Below the pieces are notes generated by a model, which saw nothing but the letters and a program-made list of their open reading frames with translations, was not told where the DNA came from and ran no database searches. Below are positions 43,400-55,581 of a stretch of 64,000 bases of DNA, one piece after another. The DNA lies in the NCBI GenBank assembly GCA_964016885.1, contig OZ024752.1:2418001-2482000 (forward strand). The letters run 5' to 3'. The position numbers and the translations under genes were made by a program. The number at the start of each line of letters is the position of its first letter. Within the stretch, counting starts at the first letter, position 1. The DNA is from Eledone cirrhosa (taxonomy: Eukaryota).

Positions 43400-44720
43400 T
43401 TTATTGTTTCTCTGTGTGCATCTTAGACACGTTTGGCTGTCAGCCATTCTGTGCTTGTAGAACCTTTCTAAGACTAATTATATCCGCAAATCCAGGTATC
43501 ACTGCTAAGCGAATTGCTATTTAAAATTGGCCATTATTTCCAGCCCAAACATCATTCAGAAACATGTGATGAGATGTTCCTCGCTTATAATGTTCATTCT
43601 TCTTCTGCAAGTCCTGGATTTTGACAGGCTATTGTGTTGTATAGATGGGAAACTTTCTTAGTTACCTGGAATCACTCTTAATTCGAGGTATAACACATAT
43701 TATGCACTTGATGTATGAGAGCACGATGCTTAATGAAAAAAACTTCAGAATAAAATGTGACCCGAAAACAACCCTCACTTGTAGTTTCATTTGGCTTTAA
43801 TGTAATTCTGCAGTGCGCATCATTAAAAATGGCATCCCGAAACTACATCCGCAGTGGTTGATAGTAGCAGACGAAATTTGTGATTAACTAGGCATGTCCT
43901 TCAAAATTGAAAGGACATCTATCCCAAACATATCGTATATCCGTGGTACACGGTTCCATTATCAAATCGCGTACATTATCAAGTCTCTGCGTTGAACACA
44001 TTTGAGGGAAACTTTCTGTATCACCGTTACTGAGTAATTTCTACAACCTTCTCCGTGAGCTGCTCCAGGCTTTGTCTATCTGGTTATCCAATATAAACAA
44101 GACTCCTAACAAATTACCAAATTTTCCAAGTGTCGAGCCCACAGACGTGTCCTATTCGATGCATGCTGCTGTAACCAGTGGTTATTTTCCCCGTATCATG
44201 GCATCTCCCTCTATATCTGAAATGCCATTGATGAATCATGTTCTGGATACAAAACAGTTGCTATAGGCGGCCATTTACCTTAATTTGAGAAGAAAACCAT
44301 TACAGAACGAAGTGATCTATAATCTCCTAAATATGACCACAAACTTTGATGTTGTTTTAGAACCCAGACCGTGAATATCTAATTTGTGAAAATCTTTGGA
44401 GTTATCTAAGTTGACTACCGCACGATCAAAACCTTTTTAGCATCATTCTTACTATATGATGTGTCCTATTTATTGTAAGTTATGGTCGACAGACGTGCTA
44501 AGGATCATACATGTTTGCATGTTACCGATCTTACTGAAATGACAAGCTTCAAATTCATAGCAGTAATTTTCCCCAAACTTTCAGCTCTTTATTCGGTATG
44601 AATACGAATCTAAAGTTATCTTCCTTATTCGGGACCTTTCTTAGTAGTGCTTCCGCTCCACGGTTCACACGAGTAGGAACGCACCCAGCCTGTCACCAGA
44701 CTGCTGCCAAGAATAGAGAA
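43400..44720 (-). pseudogene. Heavily decayed Tx1/L1-type LINE RT region
   Basis: - strand WQQSG, ALLRKVPNKEDNFR....NKELKVWGKLL, a KxFDR-like segment and KVNGRL, in RT domain order. Confidence 0.55.
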
Positions 44721-45689
44721 TAACTATGGCAAAAATGTTGACAATATATAAATGAAATAAACCAAGGTTGCCAAACATAATACTCCCCAGAAGAATAATT
44801 GCATGCAATAACTAACCTTGAACTATTATTGCTTGTCGGAAAATATCGCAGACAAAACGGGCAGGAAGTTATTTGGTGAAAGCAATAAATGGTTATAGAG
44901 GATGAAATGACGGAGAGGTTAGGGAAAATAGGGTCTATTTATAACAAAAATAAGAAAAATAAAGAAATAATAAGTGGCAGGGGAGGAGATATAGAAAACA
45001 AGGAAAACGGTGAGATAGATTTAAAGGAAAGGAGGAAAGTTTATGAAATGCACAACATTATAAATAGGGAACACGTGAATGACAAAGAAGAAAATAAGAG
45101 TTAGTGGTGAAAGACAGAAATATTGAAAGAAATTTAGCAAGAAGTACATAATGAATGAAAGAAAAAAGTAATTTACACATTAACATTCGTTCTGTCATGT
45201 TACATTCTCTGTCCCTCTTTTCTCTTTAATCTTATCCTTCTTGCTAATTTTCTTTTGCTTATTTCCTTCGTTTAGAAGCGACAAGACGAACGGAGAACCA
45301 GTGTAAAAATAGACCAAGAACCTAGCCACAAAACGTCACCGAAATGTACATTTTTATTTTAGAAGAAAAAAAGCCATCATGCAATTTTGATTGTCTGATA
45401 AACTTCATTCATATAATGCAACTCTTAACTTGTATGTAGCTTGTATAAATGTTAAATATTGTCTTGGGTTTTAAGGATTCTTGAAAAGTCTGGTGAGGTT
45501 CACAAAAATATTGATTCCATTACGCTCTGCTATATCTATTCGACACACCCCTCCGCTGTAAAAATAAATTAAAATAAAGCCAAAGAAAACAGTCGATCAA
45601 CAAGATCGCTTAACAAGTGAGGTGGAGCTCGTGAAACAGGCCGAGGAAACAATGTTTCCATTGGTCTTTCAAATTGCTAATACTATCTG

Positions 45690-45826
45690 TTGGTCGCTAA
45701 ACCGGGCAGTAGGAGCAATGTGAAATAAAGTGTCTTGCTCAATGACATCACCCGGTCTGGGATTCGATATCACAACCTCTCCATTGCGAATCCAATTGTG
45801 TAACCTCTCAGCCAGGTGTTTTCACA
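45690..45826 (-). mobile_element. tRNA-SINE S2 5' part
   Basis: - strand tggctgagaggtta (A-box-like), gatatcgaatccc (B-box-like), then ttgagcaagacactttatttcacattgctcc. Confidence 0.65.
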
Positions 45827-47639
45827 AAACAAAACAGCGACACAAATAAAGTTGAAAAATATTAAAATATATAATAAAATATAAAATTACGTGAAAAATG
45901 GATATGAAGAAATATATGTTTGAAGGTTGAGCAGGAGAGAAGAAATGGTTGCGACACCGCAGTAGAAGCAACAAAAACAACTTAATAACAGCCACGACAA
46001 AACCGGCAAAAAAAAAAAGAAAACGTTATAACGGCTATCATCAACACCTACAACATTAAGACCATCATTAAAACCGTCACCATCACAATTCCATCACTAT
46101 AAAAGCTATCAACCTCACGATCATCATAATCATCGTAATCATTATCATCAATACCGTCATCAACGTCATCATCATCATACACATAATCATATACATCTCA
46201 AAGTCGTTCCATCACCGATGCCATCTTCCATCATAGCTATTGCTGTCAGTTGAGTCAGCACCCATCCTTACCAATTCCCCATTTCCATTAGACCATTCAA
46301 CTTGCATACGGAGGAGTAGCAGTAACAACACCGACCACATCAGTCGTCCATCTTACGCCACCGACACACATACCTCCCCCAATGCACCATCCGATTCCAC
46401 TCAAAATAATAGTCTCGACTTCTTTCATTCAACCATTAACCTACATATACACTACCTTAATAAGGTCCTCTTCTATTCACCACTAAACGCTCGAATGAAT
46501 GTCTTCGTAGTCATTGAATAGCTAGAAATAATAACTAAATCCCTCTCATACCCGATACCACACACTGACGAGATGTCTCAGAGGACATGTTTTGTGGATA
46601 TTTGAAAAGATTAACATACACGGAGTTGTACTGGCTCGAATTAGTTTCATTATATTTGACCAATGGCTAAAGAGTAGCAATCATACCCATCACTACTGTA
46701 TCAGCGCCATCACAACTGCCAGAACAGCGACTACAATTTCTCCTCTTCGGAATGCTCGACACCATCAGCGCCACTACCATCACGATCCACAACAACAACA
46801 ACAAAAACAATGTCAGTATAATGGATGGTGGAGCATTATAAAACACCACTCATTATCGATAAGGCCATCGGTACCAACATTGTGACTCAATGTGCTAACA
46901 ACCACTTGACTGTACAATCTGCTAGAAATACAACACAAATCCTTATTTCTAAACAAACAATGTTTTGAAGCTGCTGATCGAACAATGTCTTTACGATGCC
47001 GCTCTAATTATTAGAAATCGCATCAAATACTGCAATCTCGAGTTCATGTTATCTAAAAAATGACTACATGATCTCCATTGAAAATATGTTTCCCTAGATT
47101 ACTGTCACCGGTTTTACTTGGGTATAAACAACACGGTAAAGTATGCCCTCATCGAAATCCATCTTTAAATAACCTTAACATCTACACAACCACTTCTAAC
47201 TCTACGCTGGGACACACTACCCGGCCACTTGACTTGCACAATTATCAGAGCAACAAAACTTAAGATCACCGAAAGATAATAGAAATAGAAATTCGTTAGA
47301 GCTCATACTTTTATCTCTCTTAAGTTATCGAGAATTAGACAATAGCAATCCCAGTCACCGATAAAAGTCAATGAATGTTCATTTCGGTTCGAATATGTTT
47401 GAATTCCGAATAAAAATAACTCTAAGTATAAATGATACTATAGTAGCACCCCTGCAATTATAGTTTCCAGCACCACAACCCGCAAAATCTTAAAAGGTAT
47501 TAACACAGTTATCAATACGAATACCATTAACTATGTCCGCACTATTACATGTTCATCTAGGATGACGTCAAAGTCTAATATAGCTATGAATATCAAAGCA
47601 AATTACATTACCTGCAGCAGCATCATCACAATATATAGC

Positions 47640-49614
47640 AACAGTAGTCTTAAATCCACCATACATCCATTATCACCACCAACACCACCTAGCTTACCGC
47701 CATCAATATCAACACCACCAGAATCACCACAATTAACATCAGAACCATTACTACTACTTTCACCGCAAAATCCACCTAAACAAGTATCCCAACTCTTACC
47801 AGCAACACCACCGCTTCAATCACCCTCTCTACCATTTCACGCAACTCCTTCACCACACGCACTACCACCAACTCACTCAAAACCACCACCACACCGACAA
47901 ATGCAACAACAGCATGACATATCTTGCTAATGTCCCACCCCATCGCAATATCATTTCATTGCCAGGGGTGAGCATTGTCATTTGCTTTATTGATTCTAAG
48001 AAACATAAATTTTCTTTTTATGACATCATATTGAGTAATATGGATAGGAATGGGGTAGCTGCTTGTGTTAATCATGGCTCCGGGCAGATATTCCCATTGG
48101 CGAGGAAGTTAGTAATATGCTGTGTGCGGCGGTATATGTATCGGTTGCTCTAATCCTGGTAGTAGAGGCTCTTTCTTATTTGCGTTGATGTAAGATTTGG
48201 CAGAGCCAATGGTGTTTGTAGTGGTAGCCATTGTGGTCATGGTGAAAATGGGGGTAATGTTTCGATTAATGACCTTGATGTTGGTGTCTCTCCTGCAGAA
48301 GCTGAAGTTGGGGTGCTGTTGGCGGTGATGTTGGTGGTGCTGTTGGTGCTGCTGCTGGTGATGATGGTGATGGTGATGGTGTCGGTTGTGGTGGAGTTTG
48401 TGTTGCCTGGCGGTGATGGTAATGATGATGGCGGTGGTGTTGTTAGTTGTGGTGGTGGGGTTGTTGGTGGTGGTGGCGGTGGTGTTGTTAGTGGTGGTGG
48501 TGGTGATGGCGGTGGTGTTGTTGATGGTGGTGGTGGTTGTGTTGGGTGGTGGTATTGTTGATGGTGTCGGTGGTCGTGGCGTTTGCGTTGCCTGGCAGTG
48601 ATGGTAATGTTGGTGGCGGTGGTGTTGTTAGTTGTGGTGGTGGTGAAGGTGGTAGTGTTGGTGGTGGTGGTGATGGCGGTGGTGTTGTTGATGTTGGTGG
48701 TGGTTGTGTTGGCTGGTGGCGATGGTGATGATGTCGGTTGTGGTGGTGTTTGTGTTACTGGTCGTTATGGCGACGGCGGTGTTGTTGTTTGTGGTGGTGG
48801 TGGTAGTGATGGCGGTAGTGTTGTTGTTAGTGGTGGTTGTGATGGTGTTGTTGTTGGTGATAGTGGTTGTGGTAGTGGCGGTGACGGTGGCAGTAGTTGT
48901 GGTGGTGGTGATGGTGGTGGTAGTGATGGCGGTGAAGCTGGTGGTGGTAGTGGTGCTTGTGGTTGTATTAGTAGTGGTCGTGTTAATGGCGGTACGGGTG
49001 CTGGTGGTGCTGGTGGTGCTGGTGGTAATAAGCGTCATCATCTTATTACTGAGGGAGGGCTTGGTTATTAATGCACATGCGCGTGTCTTGGCTGACCTAT
49101 TCTTACTATTATCCCCTCTTCTACTCCAGCTGCTGCTGCTTCGCTGGCTTCTCTTGTCCCGCCTATTGCGGCAGTTGTTACGATAAAAGCAGAAAAATCA
49201 AAAAGTAATAGTAAAATAAAAAAACAAAAAGAACTACAACACAAAATATATACCAACAAGAACAGCCGGCAATTAACACCTCCCCCACTTCCACCACTAT
49301 CACTATCACCACCACCACCACCAACCGCCACCACTATCATCAGAATGACCACTACGAATATCACCACCATCGACACCACTATCACCATCACAGCTACCCC
49401 CTCCACCATTACCGACACCACCACTATTACCACCACCACCACTATCACCAACACACCACCACTACCCCCACCACTATCACTACCACCGCCGTCACCACTA
49501 CTACTGCACCTACTACTATCACTTCCACTACTATTAATACTACTACTACCGTCGCTACTACTACGTCTACTGCTACTGCTGCTACTACTAGAACTGCTGC
49601 TACTACTACTGATG

Positions 49615-49657
<43 letters not shown>

Positions 49658-49659
49658 GT

Positions 49660-49711
<52 letters not shown>

Positions 49712-49713
49712 GT

Positions 49714-49765
<52 letters not shown>

Positions 49766-49767
49766 GT

Positions 49768-49827
<60 letters not shown>

Positions 49828-49850
49828 ATAATAATAATACTACTGAATTA
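47640..49850. repeat. Long degenerate (ACC)n/(GGT)n/(CTA)n low-complexity block with a ~170-185-bp higher-order repeat
   Basis: Units start gtcggt.gt.gtgg.gtttg.gtt at ~48381, ~48566 and ~48733. Confidence 0.85.
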
Positions 49851-52255
49851 CATCGCTATGTCAACTGCGGCTACTGATACTGCCATTTTGCTGCTTCTAT
49901 TACTGCGTTGATTTAGATAAATATAAATGACACATAAACCAAATCTTAAACAAGCCATGTGCCATTGTCCTTCCGTCCCTGGTGGAGAACCGTAAAACCT
50001 ATCTGCCTGAATATATTAGAACGACTACTTTATCAATGCCAGCGAAATGACAGAAAGATGAAAGTTGCGGAAACTTTATCCCAAAGACCACACACAAATT
50101 CCTACTGTCCACCAAAGCCTATGATTGAACAATAAACTAACGTTTTCAGACAGTTGGGCGCCATTTTTTAGAGTGTGTCAGAAATGTGATGATGGCAAAA
50201 ATCTGACAATAAGTTTCTCTTTATTTCTGCCTTCATTTACTTTCGTCTTTTATTCTTTCCTCTTATATATATATTTTATATGTTTATTATTGCCATATTT
50301 TTAAATAACAGAGCTTGTCAAATCATGTAAGCATGTATTATGTACGTATGTATCTGCATATGCATGTATGTATGTATGTATGTATGTATGTATGTATGTA
50401 TGTATGTATGTATGTATGTATGTATGTATGTATGTATGTATGTATGTAGCCACCATGTATGTATGTATGTATGTATTTATGTATGTATGTATTATGTATG
50501 CACCCATGTATATACCTATACATGTATTTATATATGTAAGTAAGTATGTATGTATGTCTGTATATATGTGTGTGTGTGTGTTTAATGGACAAAGTTGTAA
50601 TAGATTTTAAGTTATAATGTTTGCATTGTTTTCTCTTTTGCTTCCTCTTCACTATATTTCATTACATTTTATTTTAAAACGCTTGAATCTGCTGCGGTTA
50701 TTCTCAAGATATTTCCTATTCTAAATCATTCTTTTGCAGTTTACTTTGTATTCTGACTAAATTTCTATTTAATATTGCATGATTCAAAAGCAGAAAACCC
50801 TATCAGCAATTTCATGGAGCAATAGAAAACACTAATTAAAAAAAATATCGATTGTTAATTTATAGAAACGTGGGGTTTTGAGGACACAAAAGCGTTAATG
50901 TGATATTTGACAAGTGCATTTCTTATAATTTGATTTAGAATCAAAGGCATTTTAGTATAATGTTTTCAACCCTAAAGTATGTTTGCACATTATAGTATTA
51001 ATTCTCCCGTTTCTAATAACTATAGTTTTCTTATAACTATATATCTTGCGGAGAAAGAAATACAAAACTACATTTTCTCTTAAGAATTCTGGACAAATAT
51101 ATTTCAGCAACACATTTTAGTTCCCTTGTCTTTTCGGCTATCATTGTTCAGTGTCCTATCGTGGCCTTTTTTTTCTTAGTTATTTGACACTACGTTTGTA
51201 AGGAAACATGGCGTATTTGTTTGAGAAAAAAACATTATTATCTCACTATCATTTTGGGGTGGTGTTATCACCAAAATGTGCAGCAGAATCGATCCTGCAG
51301 TTATTTGATAATGAAATGTAAATTGATTTAATCACACATACCGAGATGTATTTTATTGTTATACTATTATCAATCAGTATCAACATATTGTTATATTCTT
51401 GTCAATCAGTTGGTCATACGTTGTAGGAAAGACAATACCTTCTATATTTATTTATGGAACCTACTCACTGTGATGAAATTAGAAATGATGTATGTTTCAC
51501 TCTAGCAAAGAGATTAGATCAAGCGTCACATAGATTAACATTATATTTGATATTCCCTATTCACGTATATGGAATGAAGAGTAAGCACATGTTGGTGTTC
51601 CTCTGGTATATTTCTGCAAGTCATAATATTATTGAAGGACATCTAGCAAACAATTTTTAGGTCTACATGTTTCAAACTGAATTCAATATACTTAAAAGAT
51701 TATATAATGTTAGTTCTCATGAAAATGGAAGTCAAACATTTGTTTGGGGATTACTTCGAGGCAGCAATATTTTATCAGGCACATTATGACTTTATTCACA
51801 GCTCTATAAAATTAAATCCGATTTTCATTTCTTAAGAGACAATAACTATTAGTAAAATATGTTATCTCAGTTTCCATTTATATAGGGCATTCGATTCTTA
51901 CATTTATAATTCAGCATATTGCCAATAAAAATCCAAAATTTAGTAATTGAAGATTAAGTAAAGCAGGGGTTTTTCCTCCAACAGAAAGCACTCTTATATC
52001 TCAAATAATATGATAAGCATATCATACTATAACTAACGTGCTATATCATACTGAACACATCAGGTTATAACAGTATATGGTTATTCACGTTCCTAAAGCA
52101 AGTAAATTCTGCGTAGTAACGGTAACAGCCAGTCCATATATCACACCAAACAATTGATCAGGTATAAATTAAATATGTAGTGATTATTTGGAAGCATAAA
52201 AATCAATCATAAAGATGCTAAGCGGGTTCATAGGATTTCCAGTGGTTATGAGTAG

Positions 52256-52301
<46 letters not shown>

Positions 52302-52575
52302 AGGGGGGGGCGTGTGTGTGTGTGTGTATGTGTGTGTGTGTGTGTGTCCAGGTTAGTCTTCCCATCTGTTTGTATTTAATTTTGTTGTGGTATAAATATG
52401 GCCGCATGAATGTGCTCGCTTTTTTCTTGGTGTCACACTTTCTTAACTCTGGACGAATTTGTATTAGCTTTTCACACCATTGAGTGACTTCTGCCTTCCA
52501 CAAACTATTCGATTGCTATCTGCTATACTGTGGCTAACACTTGACAAATACATATTATTATTAGGAAAATTATTA

Positions 52576-52769
52576 GGGCGGTGGATTGGCAGTATCGGTA
52601 GAGGGCCGGACGCCATGCTTTCCAGCATAGTTACGTCCCATTACGATCTGATTTCAAATCCCGCCGAATTTGACTTTGCCTTTCATCCTTACGGGGTCGA
52701 TAAAATAAAGTACCAGTAATGCACTGGGTAATTGCTGGCCTTGTGCCAAAAGTAGAAACAATTATTATT
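52576..52769 (+). mobile_element. tRNA-SINE S1, full length
   Basis: gggcggtggattggcagtatcggtag...atttcaaatccc...agtagaaacaattattatt. Confidence 0.92.
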
Positions 52770-53750
52770 AGGAAAATCGCTTGGAGACTGGAATGTCTTC
52801 AGGCGCTCACAGCCCATGACCAATCGGGCAATGTCATCGGTGGAAACTCCACCTTGGCTTTCTATAGAGGATTAGTGGAGGGGAAGAGCGACGACGTACT
52901 TGGAGAAATTCTAGGCATCGACGAAAATCAACTAGCCAATCTCTTCGGAAGAACTTTCGGGCCGGGGCCTATGGACAACTTCCAGAAATCCCTGGCCTGG
53001 CAGTGCTACAGAGGAGCTTTGCCAGTTAGGGATAAACTCTACAGGCATGGAAGTGCCGTCAGCCGGGCATGTCCGAGATGCGCGCAGGGCGACGAAACCG
53101 TCATGCATGCACTAGTCCAGTGTCCGAGCATTGCTGACTTGTGGGTTTATGCATTCGAGTGTAGAACGGAACCAGCTATCAGCTGAGTCCATCGTGAGGA
53201 TTGCCACGCCGACTTCCTTTAGCCGGGAAGGGCAGGCAGTTTTTTATCTGTGTGGTGGCCATGGCGAAAGAGATAGTATGGTGGACGTGTCTGAAGGGGC
53301 TGAAGACGAGCACTTACCTCTTCGAGGATGCCCTGATTAACTTTTTCAAATTTATTTGAAAAGGAAAATCAAGGTAGAGAGGGAAGTGCTCTCTTTCCAA
53401 TATTTTATTGAAAGATGGGTGAGAGAGGCAAGAATGGCCCGAGTGTATACTTTGAGTATATACCTGTAAACTGAAGGTGGAAAACTGGGACAGAGGACTT
53501 GCCCTGGTGGTCAGCAGGGTCACCGTGGATTCTTTTAATGAGCTTTCTCCACGATGGCCCTCGGTTGTCTCACCGCTATTAGGGAATGTTTTCATTGTAC
53601 CTTTTTTGTTGTTACATCCGCTGTTTTTGTTTTTTTTACACGCAGAAATGCCAGTTTGTACCGTCCTGTATCGTCCTGCATTGCCTTGTACTGTCCTTAA
53701 TGTCTCACCTTGTGTAAACCCTTGTGGTTAATAAAGAAAGCATTATTATT
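52770..53750 (+). mobile_element. 5'-truncated Tx1/L1-clade LINE 3' end (zf-RVT-like C-terminus)
   Basis: FQKSLAWQCYRGALPVRDKL...CPRCAQGDETVMHALVQCP; the 3' UTR ends gttaataaagaaagc(att)n. Confidence 0.88.
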
Positions 53751-54118
53751 AGGAATATCAGGGGGGAGAGGGAAGTGCTCTCTTCCCAGCATTTTGTTGA
53801 AAGATGGGTGAGAGAGGCAAGCATGGCCCGAGTGAATGGCCCTACTCTGAGTATGCACTTGCAAATTGAAGGTGGAAATCTGGGAGAAGGCACTTGCCCT
53901 GGTGGTCGGGGTCACCGTGGATTTTTTTAATGGGCTTTCTCCACGCGTGTCTCTCGGAGGTCTCATCCCTTTGTGGGAATTTTCCTTTGCTTCTTTTTGT
54001 TATTTTTTTTACACACAAAAATCACCCATTTGTACCGTCCTGTAACGTCTTGTGGTGTCCTTAATGTTATACTTTATGACAATCCTCGTGGTTAATAAAG
54101 AAAACATTATTATTATTA
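53751..54118 (+). mobile_element. Second, shorter tandem copy of the same LINE 3' end
   Basis: Aligns with 53362-53750, diverged; ends gttaataaagaaaac(att)n. Confidence 0.88.
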
Positions 54119-54135
54119 ATTTTATTATTATTATT

Positions 54136-54952
54136 CTTTGAGTCTCAGTCATTGATGTTATTTAACCTGCAGGTTTGTTGAAATGAATATCAATCCGTTA
54201 CCTGCAGTCTCAGATATTCAGGACGTATCGGAGGGTTATTCCTGTTGCCAGCAAGCATGCCTTTTGAAGTGTTCCAAAAAGCGGGGTTGGACTGATCTTC
54301 TTTAACCATCCTTGGAAACTCTTTGAGATAGTACCTAGTGCGCCTATGACAATCGAGACGACCTTGACTTCATGGCAGTTCCAATTCCTTTTTACCTCCC
54401 GGTATCGGTTAATTTCTCCCTCTCCTTTTCTTGCACTCTCGTGTCGAATGGGCAGGCTACATCTACAATCAAGCACGATCTTTTTTCTTTGACCAAAACT
54501 ACCAAGTCAGGCTTATTGTGTTCCAGTTTCTTGTCCGTCCGTATCCTAAAATACCATAGCACCTTCACCTGATCGTTTTCTAACACCGACTTTGGCTTAT
54601 GCTCATACCACTTCACAGAATGTGGTAAATTATTTACTTTGCATAGGTGCCAGTGGATCACCCTGCCCATCACATCATGTCTCCAGTCTTTATAGTGAGT
54701 CTGGGCTAGGTGTTTACACTCGGACACAATGTGAGCCACGGTCTCCTCTCTCTCTCCACAGATCTTACACATTGGGCTAGCCTCCTCCTTGTAAATATAG
54801 TGTTTCACCCACTTCGTTCTGAGGGCTTGCCCTTGTGCAGCCATGTGCCTTCCTTCTGTAGCCTTTTTAAGGTATCCTCTTTTTAACTAGTTCCATGTCT
54901 GTGGATCTCTGAATTCAGTTTTCTCAAAGAAGGTACTATGGAGGGATTTTTC
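54136..54952 (-). mobile_element. R4/Dong-type non-LTR retrotransposon 3' fragment (CCHC plus restriction-like endonuclease)
   Basis: AAQGQALRT...CKICGEREETVAHIVSEC...RHD...NKPDLVVLVKEKRSCLIVDVACPFD...VVSIVIGALG; flanked by (TTA)n. Confidence 0.92.
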
Positions 54953-54978
54953 TATTATTATTATTATTGTTATTTTTA

Positions 54979-55484
54979 TTTGAGTCTCAGTCATTGATGT
55001 TATTTAACTGGAAAGTTTGTTCAAATGAACATCATGCCACTACCTGCACTCTCAGACATTCAGGACGTATGGGATCGCTCTTGCAGTTCCCAGCAAGCAC
55101 GGCTTTTGAAGTGTTCCAAAAAAGGGGGCTGGACTAATGTTTTTTAACCATCCTTGAAAACTCTTTGAGATAGTACCTATGTCAATCGAGACGACCTTGA
55201 TCTCATGACAGCCCCAAATCCTTTTTAAATCCTACTTAAAATCCTGGTATCGTTTAATTTTCTCCTACTCCTTTTCTTGCACTCTCATGTCAAAGGGACA
55301 GGCTACATCTACAATCAGGCACGATCTTTTTTCATTGTCAAACACATCCATGTCAGGCCTATTGTGTTCTAAGTTCTTGTCCGTCCGTATCTTGAAATCC
55401 CATAGTACCTTCACTTGATCCTTTTCTATCACCGACTCTGGCTTATGCTTATACCACTTCTCAGAATGTGGTAAATTATTATCT
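54979..55484 (-). mobile_element. Second tandem R4/Dong-type fragment
   Basis: Same 3' end (tgagtctcagtcattgatgttatttaac), diverged copy, flanked by (TTA)n. Confidence 0.9.
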
Positions 55485-55494
55485 TTATTATTAA

Positions 55495-55581
<87 letters not shown>

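Noticed and set aside
48583-49071. Gly/Val-rich ORFs resembling a glycine-rich structural protein
   Set aside because: They are translations of degenerate (GGT)n, open in several frames and on both strands, with no splice or domain evidence.
52576-52672. tRNA gene
   Set aside because: The A/B boxes belong to a multi-copy SINE head; no cloverleaf.
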